Part shown: one piece after another, positions 50,846 to 60,993 of the stretch | How positions within the stretch are numbered: the first letter of the stretch is position 1 | Layout of the letters: each line of letters begins with the position of its first letter | Assembly: GCA_051891335.1 (NCBI GenBank) | Contig: JBJFFD010000046.1 | Coordinates: forward strand, 1 to 63,619 | Reading direction: 5' to 3' | Source of the DNA: Candidatus Scatovivens sp. | Lineage (GTDB): Bacteria; Bacillota; Clostridia; TANB77; CAG-508 | Length of the DNA stretch: 63,619 nucleotides | Notes under the pieces: model-generated | Told to the model about the DNA's origin: nothing | What the model saw: only the letters and a program-made list of their open reading frames with translations | Databases searched by the model: none | Position numbers and translations under genes: made by a program

Positions 50846-51154
50846 ATGATAAATCTAAGCTATTTAAATGCGCAACGGATCTTATTAAAAAGTGGGGTTG
50901 ATTCATATCTAGCTGTTAAGATTCTGAAAAAAATGGAAGAACAAACAGCACATAACAAAAAAGAGAATCTCGAAAAAAGTATTTCTTCTTACAATATATC
51001 ACCACAAACCAAAACAGTTTTAAAAAGAGCAGGAATTACAAGGGTAGATCAACTTCAAGGATATGTAGATGAATTTGGTCTTTATGCTCTTTTAAAAATC
51101 GAAGGTATTGGAGATATGAGATTAAGAGAATTAAAAAAAATGTTTAACCTATAA
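50846..51154 (+). CDS. Small helix-hairpin-helix-like protein (contains the other non-shifting in-frame CGG codon)
   Basis: RBS GGGAG. The C-terminal part VDQLQGYVDEFGLYALLKIEGIGDMRLRELKK resembles an HhH / RpoA-CTD-like fold. The CGG codon is at 50876-50878 (CAA CGG ATC). Confidence 0.45.
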   Translation: MINLSYLNAQRILLKSGVDSYLAVKILKKMEEQTAHNKKENLEKSISSYNISPQTKTVLKRAGITRVDQLQGYVDEFGLYALLKIEGIGDMRLRELKKMFNL

Positions 51155-51186
51155 ATAATAGCGGGGTATAATACCCTGCTATTATT
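51154..51186 (+). terminator. Intrinsic terminator
   Basis: AATAATAGCGGGG pairs with CCCTGCTATTATT (one G-U), loop TATAATA. Confidence 0.6.
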
Positions 51187-51289
51187 ATATAAAATTGTTT
51201 TAAATTAAAAAAAAGTACATAATAGAATAATTATGTTAAATAAACAAGAAAAATCTTGCGAAAATACCTAAAAATAAAGGAAAAACTTA

Positions 51290-51318
51290 TTGACAGAAAG
51301 AAATTTACAAAATATAAT
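51290..51318 (+). promoter_or_regulatory. Consensus sigma-A promoter for sigH
   Basis: TTGACA (51290-51295), 17-nt spacer, TATAAT (51313-51318). Confidence 0.6.
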
Positions 51319-51350
51319 AGTTTTAGAATCATCGTAGGAGGAAAACACTT

Positions 51351-51989
51351 ATGATTACTAATCTTTCTGCAGACAATAAATATAAAAATATGCAAGACAA
51401 CGAAATAATAAATTTGATTCAATCTGGAGATAATAATGCTTTAGAATATATAATTGACAAATATAATGATATTGTAAACATTAAAGCAAGTAAATTTTTT
51501 GCTAATGGAGTTGAAAGAGATGATATTATTCAAGAAGGACTTATAGGACTTTACAAAGCCACAAAGTCATATAATACTGAAAAACAAAATTCTTTTAAAA
51601 ATTTTGCTAATTTATGTATTGAAAGACAATTAATAACATCAATAAAAAGTGCTAATAGACAAAAAAATATTCCTTTAAATTCTGCATTTTCTTTAAATGC
51701 TCCAGTATATGATGATGACGATATTGACATTCTAGGAATATTAGATAATAAAACTGCAGAAGATCCCTTAGAGACAATAACTAAAAAAGAATATTATGAT
51801 TTTATTGAAAAGAAAATGGATGAAAATTTAAGCGATTTTGAAAAACAAGTATTAAAAGAATATAAAAAAGGAAAAAGCTATAGTGATATTGCAACAAAAG
51901 TAAATTCAAAAATAAAATCAGTAGATACAGCAATTCAGAGAATTAAGAAAAAAGCTGGAAAAATTAAATTACAAATAGAAAATGAATAA
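51351..51989 (+). CDS. sigH: RNA polymerase sporulation sigma factor SigH
   Basis: GDNNALEYIIDKYNDIVNIKASKFFANGVERDDIIQEGLIGLYKATKSYN and the region 4 HTH (KSYSDIATKVNSKIKSVDTAIQRIKKK) fit Spo0H/SigH. Confidence 0.85.
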   Translation: MITNLSADNKYKNMQDNEIINLIQSGDNNALEYIIDKYNDIVNIKASKFFANGVERDDIIQEGLIGLYKATKSYNTEKQNSFKNFANLCIERQLITSIKSANRQKNIPLNSAFSLNAPVYDDDDIDILGILDNKTAEDPLETITKKEYYDFIEKKMDENLSDFEKQVLKEYKKGKSYSDIATKVNSKIKSVDTAIQRIKKKAGKIKLQIENE

Positions 51990-52020
51990 AGATGAATTTA
52001 TAAAATTCATCTTTATTTAA
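51988..52020 (+). terminator. Intrinsic terminator after sigH
   Basis: AAAGATGAATTT pairs with AAATTCATCTTT, followed by ATTT. Confidence 0.6.
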
Positions 52021-52082
52021 TTGTAAAAGATTACTTGATATGATAAAATAAAAAAGAAAAAAATTAAAAGAGGTAAATAAAA

Positions 52083-53858
52083 TTGTCTAATGGTAGGAAT
52101 GTAAGGAAAAAAAGAGATAATAAAAAACAAGAATATAGTTTGAAGAAAATATCAATTGCTGTAGTAATTTTTATATTATTAATTATTTTAATTATATGTA
52201 TAGTAGTAAAAGCATTGCTTGGAGAAAAAAATAATCAAATATCATATAATAAGCAGGAATATGAATATTTTGTTTTATATGGATTAGATAACAGAACTGG
52301 TGTTATAAATAAGAATGGAAATGAGATTATAAAGACTAAATATAATGAAATATATATACCAAATGAGTCTAAAGATGTATTCTTTTGTTATGATGAAAAA
52401 GGTGACTATATTATATTAAATGAAAGAGGAGAAGAGATATTTACAGAATATGAAGAAGTTTCTCTTTTAAGAACTTCAGATACGGCATTTATAGATTTTG
52501 AAGCCAAGGTATTAAAATATAAAGAGAATGAAAAATATGGCTTGATAGATTTAGATGGATACAAACTCACAGAACCCATATATCAATCTATATCTAGTCT
52601 TAAAAATAAACCAGGGGCAATTCTTGTAAAAAAAGATGATAAATATGGGGTATTAGATAGTAATGGTAATATAATAATAGACTTAAAATATGATGATATA
52701 ATAGGAGATGGATATTGTTCTCAGACTGATGACTACAATAAGACAGGATATATAACTAAGATAAAGACAAATTCTGGAGATATTTTTGGATATATAGATT
52801 ATAAAGGAAATATTATAATAGATACAAAATATGAATCTATTGAAAGAGTATTAGAATATGAAGATAATGAAGTATATTTAATATGTATGGATAGGGGGAA
52901 AAAGGGAGTTTATAAAGATAAAAAGAGGATTATATCTTTAGAATACCAAAATATTTTTTATTCAGACACTTCAAATATATTTATTGTTCAAAAGGGAAAT
53001 AAATATGGATTTTATAATAATAGTGGAAAAAAGATATTAGATTCTATTTATGAAGAATATTCATTGGCAGGAAATTATATTTGTGTTAATGATAATGGTG
53101 TAAAGACTCTTTATGATATAAATGGAAATGCTTTAAATAATATTAACTATATTTCAATGATAGAAACTGAAAATCCTGAATATTTCATAGCTCAGAAAGA
53201 AAATGGAGATTATTGTATTATAAGTAAAAGTATTATTGTTGATGAAAATTTTTCATATTTATCATATGCTTTTGATGATTATTTTATTTTTACTGATAAA
53301 GAAGGAAAATATGGAGTTTGGCAGGTTTGGCAAGGAAATGTAGTTTTGGCAGAATATGAATATATATTAAATATTGAAGGAGCAAACGCATTGGAGGCTA
53401 AAAAATTTGATTCAGATGAAACTGATATATATTCAAAAAATATGGAGATTGTATCCACAATTAGTAGGGCAATTGTGGATAGAGTAGATGAAAATTATTC
53501 TGTTATATATTCAGATAATGAAAAAATTTATATAAATAATGATGGAGAAGTTGTAAATAATATTGAAATATATCCTAATAATCAAATATATTCTATAAAA
53601 CAGGATGGAAAATGGGGATTTTCTGATAGAAATGGAAATATTATTGTTGATTGTATATATGATTTTGTGACAGAACTAAATGGACATGGATATGCAGCTG
53701 TAGCAACTCAAGGAGTCTGGGGAGTAATTGATAAAGAAGGAAAAATTGTTGTTGAACCATCATATAAATTAGATACTTATTATATGCCAGAATTTATTGG
53801 AAAATATAAAATAGAGCAAACTGATACTATACATTGTATAGAGTTAAAAGGAGAATAA
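52083..53858 (+). CDS. Membrane-anchored WG/KWG-repeat protein
   Basis: TTG start after AGAGGTAAA. N-terminal TM segment. There are many repeats of the type KYG(L/V)(I/L)D..G..(I/L)..P.Y (KYGLIDLDGYKLTEPIY, KYGVLDSNGNIIIDLKY, KWGFSDRNGNIIVDCIY, VWGVIDKEGKIVVEPSY). Confidence 0.7.
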   Translation: MSNGRNVRKKRDNKKQEYSLKKISIAVVIFILLIILIICIVVKALLGEKNNQISYNKQEYEYFVLYGLDNRTGVINKNGNEIIKTKYNEIYIPNESKDVFFCYDEKGDYIILNERGEEIFTEYEEVSLLRTSDTAFIDFEAKVLKYKENEKYGLIDLDGYKLTEPIYQSISSLKNKPGAILVKKDDKYGVLDSNGNIIIDLKYDDIIGDGYCSQTDDYNKTGYITKIKTNSGDIFGYIDYKGNIIIDTKYESIERVLEYEDNEVYLICMDRGKKGVYKDKKRIISLEYQNIFYSDTSNIFIVQKGNKYGFYNNSGKKILDSIYEEYSLAGNYICVNDNGVKTLYDINGNALNNINYISMIETENPEYFIAQKENGDYCIISKSIIVDENFSYLSYAFDDYFIFTDKEGKYGVWQVWQGNVVLAEYEYILNIEGANALEAKKFDSDETDIYSKNMEIVSTISRAIVDRVDENYSVIYSDNEKIYINNDGEVVNNIEIYPNNQIYSIKQDGKWGFSDRNGNIIVDCIYDFVTELNGHGYAAVATQGVWGVIDKEGKIVVEPSYKLDTYYMPEFIGKYKIEQTDTIHCIELKGE

Positions 53859-53865
53859 AATTAAT

Positions 53866-55113
53866 ATGTATAATGAATTTGGAATAAGTAATAAATTAGA
53901 AGAATTATCAAATAAAACAGAAGAAGAAATAAAAGGAATTTTAAAAAAAATAGATGAAAATTGTATTAAAAATTCTATTAAAGTTTTAAAAGCTTTTCAA
54001 AATAATAATATTTCCGATATACACTTTAATAGCACAACAGGATATGGATATGGAGATGTAGGTAGAGACACAATAGAAAAAGTATTTGCAGAAGTGCTAG
54101 AAGCAGAAGATAGCTTAGTAAGGAATCAGTTTATATCTGGAACACATGCTATAACAGTTACATTATTTGGTTTATTAAGACCAAATGAAACACTACTTAG
54201 TATATCAGGAAAACCATACGATACTCTAGACTCAATAATAGGTTTGGAGGAAAATCAAAGCTCATTAAAATCATTTGGAGTAAAATATGAACAAATAGAC
54301 TTAGTTGATAATGAATTTGATACAGAAAAAATAATAGATAGAGTAAGTAAAAAAGATATAAAAGTTATAGAGATTCAAAGGTCTAGAGGATATGCAACAA
54401 GGAAAAGTTTAACAATTGACAAAATAGAAAATATAATAAAACAAATAAGAAGAGTAAATCAAGAAGTAATAATAATGGTAGATAATTGCTATGGCGAATT
54501 TGTTGATGAAAAAGAACCAATTAAATGTGGAGCAGATATAATGGTTGGCTCATTAATAAAAAATCTTGGAGGAGGATTAGCACCAAACGGGGCTTATATT
54601 GCTGGAAAAAAAGAACTAATAGAATTGTGTGCTGAAAGACTAACTGCACCTGGGCAAGGAAAAGAAGTTGGACCATCTTTAGGAATAAATAAAAGCTTTT
54701 TGCAAGGATTATATATGGCACCATCAGTAGTGGCAAGTAGCTTAAAAACAGCAGTATTTACAAGTAAAATATTAGAAAATTTAGGATATGATGTTCAGCC
54801 AAAATATAATGAAAAAAGAGCTGATATTGTTCAAACAATAAAATTTGGAAATGAAAATGATTTAATAAAATATGTACAGGGAATCCAAAAGGGATCTGCT
54901 ATTGATTCTTCATCTGTGCCTATGCCTTGGGATATGCCAGGATATACAGATAAAGTAATAATGGCTGCAGGAGCATTCACAATGGGGTCTTCAATCGAAC
55001 TTTCTTGTGATGCACCAATAAGATATCCATACATAGCATTTCAACAAGGCGGATTAACATATGAATATGGCAAATTAGGAGTATTAAAAGCTATACAAAA
55101 TATGATGAAATAA
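53866..55113 (+). CDS. PLP-dependent Cys/Met-metabolism fold protein of the YnbB ('aluminium resistance') family
   Basis: The length and motifs (GYGYGDVGRD..., SGTHAI, SLIKNLGGGLAPNGAYIAG) match that family as I recall it. Confidence 0.6.
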   Translation: MYNEFGISNKLEELSNKTEEEIKGILKKIDENCIKNSIKVLKAFQNNNISDIHFNSTTGYGYGDVGRDTIEKVFAEVLEAEDSLVRNQFISGTHAITVTLFGLLRPNETLLSISGKPYDTLDSIIGLEENQSSLKSFGVKYEQIDLVDNEFDTEKIIDRVSKKDIKVIEIQRSRGYATRKSLTIDKIENIIKQIRRVNQEVIIMVDNCYGEFVDEKEPIKCGADIMVGSLIKNLGGGLAPNGAYIAGKKELIELCAERLTAPGQGKEVGPSLGINKSFLQGLYMAPSVVASSLKTAVFTSKILENLGYDVQPKYNEKRADIVQTIKFGNENDLIKYVQGIQKGSAIDSSSVPMPWDMPGYTDKVIMAAGAFTMGSSIELSCDAPIRYPYIAFQQGGLTYEYGKLGVLKAIQNMMK

Positions 55114-55231
55114 TATGAAAATAAATTTTGTATTAAACTACTAGAATGTTATTAATCAACGGCATTACTATACTATATTAGAAACTCCTAATATAGAATT
55201 ATGAATTAAGAAGGGAATTAAATAATTTACA

Positions 55232-55978
55232 ATGAAAAATCCAATATTAATACAGGGTGCAATGAAAATTGAATTAGATTATATAAAAGAAAAATTATAT
55301 GAAGTAGAAGAGATTATTATAGATGGATACAATTATATAAAAGGAAATCTAAATGGATATCCTGTAATTTTATCTGAGACCAAAATAGGCACAATAAATT
55401 CTACAATTTCTACATTAATAGGTATAAAAAAATTTAATCCATTATGTGTAATAAATCAAGGAGTAGCTGGAGGACAAGCTGAAAATATTCATAAAAATGA
55501 TTTGGTAATAGGAAGTGGATGCATAAATTTAAATTCTTACGAAACAAATAAAAAATCAATTGGAGAAGGGTGCAATCCTTTTGAGTGGAATATTGTAAAT
55601 TTTATATCTGATGAAACTTTAGAAAATTATTCTTCAATATTAAAATCTGATTCAAATTTGCTTAAATACGCAGAAATGTTAAGTGATAAAAATAATAAAA
55701 GGAAAGTGCATATTGGATTGCTAGGAAGTGGAGATGCTTGGGATAAAGAAGCGGATAGAATTGTTTGGATTAATAAAAAAACAGGAGCAATTTCAGCAGA
55801 CATGGAATCTATAGGTACTTATACTGTAGCAAACAAATATAAAGTACCTGTTATAGGAATAAGGATAATATCAGATAATTACATATTAAATGAAGACTAT
55901 GAGAGAGATGTTGCTTATGGTGCTCAAGAATTTGTAATAGAATTAATTAAAAAAATAATAGAAAATAAGGATGATTAA
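55232..55978 (+). CDS. mtnN: MTA/SAH nucleosidase family (PNP_UDP_1) protein
   Basis: ILIQGAMKIE..., GVAGG and the C-terminal ADMESIGTYTVANKYKVPVIGIRIISD are typical of Pfs/MtnN. Confidence 0.75.
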   Translation: MKNPILIQGAMKIELDYIKEKLYEVEEIIIDGYNYIKGNLNGYPVILSETKIGTINSTISTLIGIKKFNPLCVINQGVAGGQAENIHKNDLVIGSGCINLNSYETNKKSIGEGCNPFEWNIVNFISDETLENYSSILKSDSNLLKYAEMLSDKNNKRKVHIGLLGSGDAWDKEADRIVWINKKTGAISADMESIGTYTVANKYKVPVIGIRIISDNYILNEDYERDVAYGAQEFVIELIKKIIENKDD

Positions 55979-57223
55979 ATGAAAGTTGTTGTAATTGGTG
56001 GTGGACCAGCTGGAATGATGGCAGCAATTTCTTCAGCAGAAGAAAAAAATGAAGTGACTTTATTAGAAAAAAATGAAAGATTAGGAAAGAAACTTTTAAT
56101 AACAGGAAAAGGAAGATGTAATATAACAAGCAGTTTACCAATTTCAGAATTTATTAATAATATTCCAGGAAACGGAAGATTTTTATATAGTGCCTTCCAA
56201 AATTATTCAAATGAGGATATTATAAACTTTTTAAAACAAGAAGGTTTAAAAGTAAAAAATGAGAGAGGAAATAGGGTTTTTCCAGTAACAGATAAAGCAG
56301 AAGATGTTTTAAATTGTTTTATAAAGAAAATGAAAGAATTAAAAATAAAAATAAAGTTAAGCTCAGAAGTAAAACAAATAATTATAGAAAATAATAAAGT
56401 AACTGGCATTAAAACTAAAAATGAAAATATATACTGTGATAAAGTTATTCTAGCTACAGGTGGAAAGAGCTATCCTAATACTGGTTCAACGGGTCAAGGA
56501 TATGAACTTGCTAAAAGACTAGGACACACAATAATAGAACCGAAAGGCTCAATTGTTCCTTTAAAAGCAGATGAAAAGATATGTAAAAAATTACAAGGAT
56601 TATCTTTGAAAAATGTAAAAATAAAATTACAAGATATAGAAAGTAAAAAAGAAATATATAATGATTTTGGAGAAATGCTATTTACTCATTTTGGAGTTAG
56701 TGGGCCTACAATATTAAGTAGTTCAGCTCATTTATTAAGATATAAAAACATTAATGATAAAATAAAAAATGAAAAAATTGAATTAAATATAGATTTAAAA
56801 CCGGCACTTTCAGAGGAAGAATTAAATAATAGAATTTTGAAGGATTTCGAAGAATTTAAGAACAAAGAATTTAAAAATAGTCTAAGTAAATTATTACCTC
56901 AAAAATTAATTCCAGTAATAATACAGCTATCTAATATAAATGAAGATAAAAAAGTAAATGAAATAACAAAAGAAGAAAGGAAAAAATTTATTTGCTTACT
57001 TAAAAATTTTAAGATTGCAATAACTGGATTTAGACCAGTAGAAGAAGCAATAGTAACAGCTGGAGGAATTTCAACAAAAGAAATTAATCCTAAAAATATG
57101 GAATCAAAAATAATAAATGGGTTATTTTTCGCAGGAGAAATAATAGATGTGGATGCATATACTGGAGGATTTAATCTTCAAATAGCATATTCAACAGGAT
57201 ACACATCTGGTAAAAATTATTAA
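55979..57223 (+). CDS. FAD-dependent oxidoreductase of the HI0933/YhiN/BaiN family
   Basis: The dinucleotide-binding motif VVIGGGPAGMMAA, KGRCNIT and the C-terminal GGFNLQ motif are present. The start codon directly abuts the mtnN stop. Confidence 0.8.
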   Translation: MKVVVIGGGPAGMMAAISSAEEKNEVTLLEKNERLGKKLLITGKGRCNITSSLPISEFINNIPGNGRFLYSAFQNYSNEDIINFLKQEGLKVKNERGNRVFPVTDKAEDVLNCFIKKMKELKIKIKLSSEVKQIIIENNKVTGIKTKNENIYCDKVILATGGKSYPNTGSTGQGYELAKRLGHTIIEPKGSIVPLKADEKICKKLQGLSLKNVKIKLQDIESKKEIYNDFGEMLFTHFGVSGPTILSSSAHLLRYKNINDKIKNEKIELNIDLKPALSEEELNNRILKDFEEFKNKEFKNSLSKLLPQKLIPVIIQLSNINEDKKVNEITKEERKKFICLLKNFKIAITGFRPVEEAIVTAGGISTKEINPKNMESKIINGLFFAGEIIDVDAYTGGFNLQIAYSTGYTSGKNY

Positions 57224-57241
57224 TTTTAGAAAGGGGAGCTT

Positions 57242-58894
57242 ATGAGTAAACTTAAAAATTTATTTGTAAAAATGTCGGAAAAACTTAAAGAGGTGGCTAA
57301 AAAATATCCAATAACAATGGTGATAATAATAATTCTTACAATCATTTCAGCAGTTTGTATTGATAATTTTATAATAAAAACACGTACATTAATGGATATT
57401 CTTTTTGTTGGAACTATATGGGCTATAGGAACTTTATTTTCAGAAGTATTTTTTGAAAATAAAAAAATAAAAAAATATATTTCGATTATTTTATCCTTGT
57501 TAATTTCAATTTTCTTTTATAATTATTCATATAATAAAAACGTATTATTCAATTTTACGCAAGAAAAAACTAACATAATTATGGAGAATACTTGTGGTTG
57601 CTATATTATATGTTTGATTTTATTAATAGTTTATAAATTATCAAAAAAATCAAAATTAGATATAAAAGAATATTTGCTTAAAGTTTTTTCAGAATCTTTC
57701 ATAGTTGGAATTACATACATTATTCTAAATATTGGAATATCAGCAGTAGCAGGAATATTTATAACTCTAATTTTAGATGGTGAATTTTATACAATTATAT
57801 ATAGACTTCTTATAATGGTATTAGGTCTATTTTATATTCCATCAATGATTTCAGTATTTTCTAATACAGAAAATATAAAAGTTAATACATTTATAGAAAA
57901 ATTATTGCTATATGTAATATTACCATTAACAATAATATCTATAGTAATTATATATATTTACATTGCTAAAATTTTAATTTTATGGGAAATTCCAAAAAAT
58001 ATAATAGGAAGAATTTTAATAGCTATATATTTAGTAGCAATACCAGTTTGGGCTATGACATCTGCTATTAAAAATGAAAAGTTTAATAAAATAATTAATA
58101 AAATTCCATATACATATTTACCTTTAATAATATTAGAAATATATTCAATATGTACAAGAATTCATCAATATGGTTTTACATCATCAAGATATTTATTTGT
58201 TATATTTATAGTATTTCAATTAATAAGTTTTTTTGCAATAATAATAAAAAAAGAAAAAAATTTAAGAGAATTGTTACTAGTGATATTCGTAATGGTAATA
58301 ATATATTTAATTTCTCCTATTAACTATAGAGTAGTTAGCAATTTAAGCCAAAAAAATATTTTAGACCAATATGTTAAAAATGCTATAGAATTTAATAACT
58401 GTTCAAAAGAAGAAAAGGCAAAATATAAAGGAGCTTATAGGTATTTAAAAGAACAATTTGACGGAGACAAATATATAAATACTAAATTAACTGCAGAAGA
58501 TATAGAAGAACTAGAGAAAAATGAATACTACTATAATGATAATAAATATATATATAAAAACAAGAGTCTAAAAGAAATGGACATATCAGGATATTCTAAA
58601 ATTTATTATTTCGAAAGTGATTATAATAATAGATATAATATAGATGTAAATAATATTAAGATAACTTATGGAGAAGACGAAGAAAAAGAAACTAAAATAG
58701 ACTTATCAAAACTTCTAGAAAAATTAATTGAAGAAAAAGGAAGATATTATAGTGATGATGAATACTTTGAAGAAAACAATATTATATCAATAGATAATTC
58801 TAGAAGAATTTATATAACTAATTTGAATTTTTCTTATGATTCTAAAAGAGAAATAGAAAGTTTAAATGTAGAAGGATATATGTTAGAAAAATAA
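57242..58894 (+). CDS. Polytopic membrane protein with a soluble C-terminal domain (possibly DUF4153-like)
   Basis: About ten hydrophobic helices over residues 20-370, then a charged C-terminal domain. The family assignment is tentative. Confidence 0.45.
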   Translation: MSKLKNLFVKMSEKLKEVAKKYPITMVIIIILTIISAVCIDNFIIKTRTLMDILFVGTIWAIGTLFSEVFFENKKIKKYISIILSLLISIFFYNYSYNKNVLFNFTQEKTNIIMENTCGCYIICLILLIVYKLSKKSKLDIKEYLLKVFSESFIVGITYIILNIGISAVAGIFITLILDGEFYTIIYRLLIMVLGLFYIPSMISVFSNTENIKVNTFIEKLLLYVILPLTIISIVIIYIYIAKILILWEIPKNIIGRILIAIYLVAIPVWAMTSAIKNEKFNKIINKIPYTYLPLIILEIYSICTRIHQYGFTSSRYLFVIFIVFQLISFFAIIIKKEKNLRELLLVIFVMVIIYLISPINYRVVSNLSQKNILDQYVKNAIEFNNCSKEEKAKYKGAYRYLKEQFDGDKYINTKLTAEDIEELEKNEYYYNDNKYIYKNKSLKEMDISGYSKIYYFESDYNNRYNIDVNNIKITYGEDEEKETKIDLSKLLEKLIEEKGRYYSDDEYFEENNIISIDNSRRIYITNLNFSYDSKREIESLNVEGYMLEK

Positions 58895-58930
58895 AAATAA
58901 TACAAAACTTAAAAAAATTCTTTTTAAGTA

Positions 58931-58970
58931 AAAATACACATAAGTTATAAAAAACTATGTGTATTTTTTT
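58931..58970 (+). terminator. Intrinsic terminator
   Basis: Perfect 12-bp stem AAAATACACATA / TATGTGTATTTT followed by a T-run. Confidence 0.75.
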
Positions 58971-59048
58971 ATAAAATAATATAAACTATTGAAAAAACAA
59001 AAAAAATGTTATATAAATTATATATGTAGTTTGAAACGGAGGAAATGT

Positions 59049-59675
59049 GTGTTAAAAACAATTGAAAAAAATAGTATAGGCGAGATTACTGTAAAAAAGT
59101 CTAAGTTCATAACAAGTATATTTTATATAGAAAATGAAGAAGAGGCAAATTGTATAATAAAGGAAACAAAAAAGAAATTTTTTGATGCCAGACATAATTG
59201 CTATGCTTTTAGAGTTATTTCAAATAATTTAATAGTTGAAAAATATAGTGATGATGGTGAACCTTCTGGAACAGCAGGACAACCAATGCTAAATGTTATA
59301 AGAGGAGAAAATCTAAAAAATGTTTTAGTTATAGTTACAAGATACTTTGGAGGTGTATTATTAGGAACAGGAGGGTTGGTAAGAGCATATACAGACAGTG
59401 TAAAAAATATTTTAAAAGATATGAAAATTATAAAGAAGGAATTGGGACAAAGAATAAAAATCGAAGTAGAATATAAAGATTTAGAAAAATTAAATTACTA
59501 TATACGACAAAATAGTATGAAAATTTATAGAATGGACTATTTAGAAAATATAGATGTATATATTGAAATAACAGATAAAATGGCAGAAACGCTTGAAAAA
59601 GATATGAATAAATTAAATTTTAAAATTTTAAGTAAAACAATTATTGACAAATTTTGCTATATAAATGTCGAATAA
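59049..59675 (+). CDS. yigZ: YigZ / IMPACT-family protein
   Basis: GTG 59049 lies 6 nt after GGAGG (59038-59042). EITVKKSKFIT..., DARHNCYAF, DDGEPSGTAG and TRYFGG motifs are present. The ORF-track start 58989 would put the RBS inside the gene. Confidence 0.8.
   Translation: MLKTIEKNSIGEITVKKSKFITSIFYIENEEEANCIIKETKKKFFDARHNCYAFRVISNNLIVEKYSDDGEPSGTAGQPMLNVIRGENLKNVLVIVTRYFGGVLLGTGGLVRAYTDSVKNILKDMKIIKKELGQRIKIEVEYKDLEKLNYYIRQNSMKIYRMDYLENIDVYIEITDKMAETLEKDMNKLNFKILSKTIIDKFCYINVE
59666..59672 (+). promoter_or_regulatory. Perfect Spo0A-box heptamer TGTCGAA 130 nt upstream of spo0A
   Basis: Exact match to the 0A-box consensus TGTCGAA, at the 3' end of yigZ. A weaker TGTCGTG lies about 60 nt downstream. 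Confidence 0.35.
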
Positions 59676-59803
59676 ACGAAAAAGCCGCGACCTGTTTTGC
59701 TTGCGAAAGTAAAAATTTAAAAATATAATTGTCGTGTAAGGAAAAGAAACAAAAGATTGTGTAAAAAAGCGAGAGAAAAAATAAAAAGATAGGAGGAAAT
59801 ATT

Positions 59804-60607
59804 TTGAAAGAAAAAATAAAAATATTATTGGCAGATGATAATACAGAATTTGTATCAACTGTAATAGAGTATTTAAAACAAGAAGATGACATGGAGGTAA
59901 TAGCTACAGCAAAAGACGGTATTGAAGCATTTGAAAAAATAAAAAATCTAAATCCAGATGTTGTATTACTAGATGTTATTATGCCACATATGGACGGTAT
60001 TGGTGTATTAGAAAAATTAAATCAGGAAGGAAAAATGGTAACTTGTATAATGTTATCTGCTGTGGGTCAAGATAAAATAACAGCAAAAGCAATAAATTTG
60101 GGAGCAGAATACTATATAATAAAACCATTTGAAATTGATTTACTAATAAAGAGAATAAGAGAACTAAAAAAGAGTCATGAGATTGATAGATCTTCTTTAG
60201 TGACCAGAGAAATAAAACAAAACTTTATAAATATGAATAGTCATGTTAAAGAAGATAATTTAGAGGCTATGGTAACTAATATTATACATGAAGTTGGAGT
60301 GCCAGCACATATTAAAGGATATCAATATTTAAGAGATGGAATAATAATGGCTATCAAAGATATTGACGTTATAAACCAAATAACTAAAAGCTTATATCCA
60401 GATCTTGCTAAAAAATATAAAACAACATCAAGCAGAGTAGAACGTGCTATTAGACATGCAATAGAAGTGGCTTGGTCAAGAGGTCAAGTTGAGACTGTTG
60501 AAAACATATTTGGATATACTGTTAATGCTAATAAAGGTAAGCCAACTAATTCAGAATTTATAGCAATGATTGCAGATAAGTTGAGATTAGAGCTTAAATC
60601 AGCATAA
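59804..60607 (+). CDS. spo0A: Sporulation master regulator Spo0A
   Basis: TTG 59804 lies 7 nt after GGAGG. REC domain ([22 protein letters not shown]). The Spo0A-specific C-terminal domain includes the motifs [45 protein letters not shown] and [17 protein letters not shown]. Confidence 0.95.
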   Translation: MKEKIKILLADDNTEFVSTVIEYLKQEDDMEVIATAKDGIEAFEKIKNLNPDVVLLDVIMPHMDGIGVLEKLNQEGKMVTCIMLSAVGQDKITAKAINLGAEYYIIKPFEIDLLIKRIRELKKSHEIDRSSLVTREIKQNFINMNSHVKEDNLEAMVTNIIHEVGVPAHIKGYQYLRDGIIMAIKDIDVINQITKSLYPDLAKKYKTTSSRVERAIRHAIEVAWSRGQVETVENIFGYTVNANKGKPTNSEFIAMIADKLRLELKSA

Positions 60608-60749
60608 GCTTTTCTAAAACCCCTGCAAAAAGCGTGCTTGCAAAAACGACCAATAGCAACAAATCAAAATTTATTGGAGATATTTGCAGTAGAAAAAGTG
60701 AAAAATCAGAACTCAATCCAATAAATTAAATTAGAGTAATGCAATAAAC

Positions 60750-60818
60750 CTCCAAGATTTATTGGTTATTATTTCAATAATATTCATTGAATAATAACAG
60801 TAATTTTGGAGTTTTTTT
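60750..60818 (+). terminator. Compound hairpin plus T7 run, the first terminator-like structure downstream of spo0A
   Basis: Outer stem CTCCAA / TTGGAG encloses a perfect 9-bp stem GTTATTATT / AATAATAAC, followed by TTTTTTT. Confidence 0.55.
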
Positions 60819-60993
60819 ATTATGTAAAAAATTGATTTTGAAGTGGACGATTTTATTAATTAGATCAAATTTTTTTGAGAAGAAAAAATATAATAATGCA
60901 TATAAAAAAAATAGATATTTTTAAATAATAATTATTTTAAGTTAATATCTAAGAAGAACTTAAAAAGTATAAAGTGAAAAAACAAAGTCATGT

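Noticed and set aside
59031-59048. An apparent in-phase CGG (AAA CGG AGG) in the ORF-track version of yigZ
   Set aside because: The sequence ACGGAGGAAA is the Shine-Dalgarno for the more plausible GTG 59049 start, so this CGG is non-coding and was not counted.
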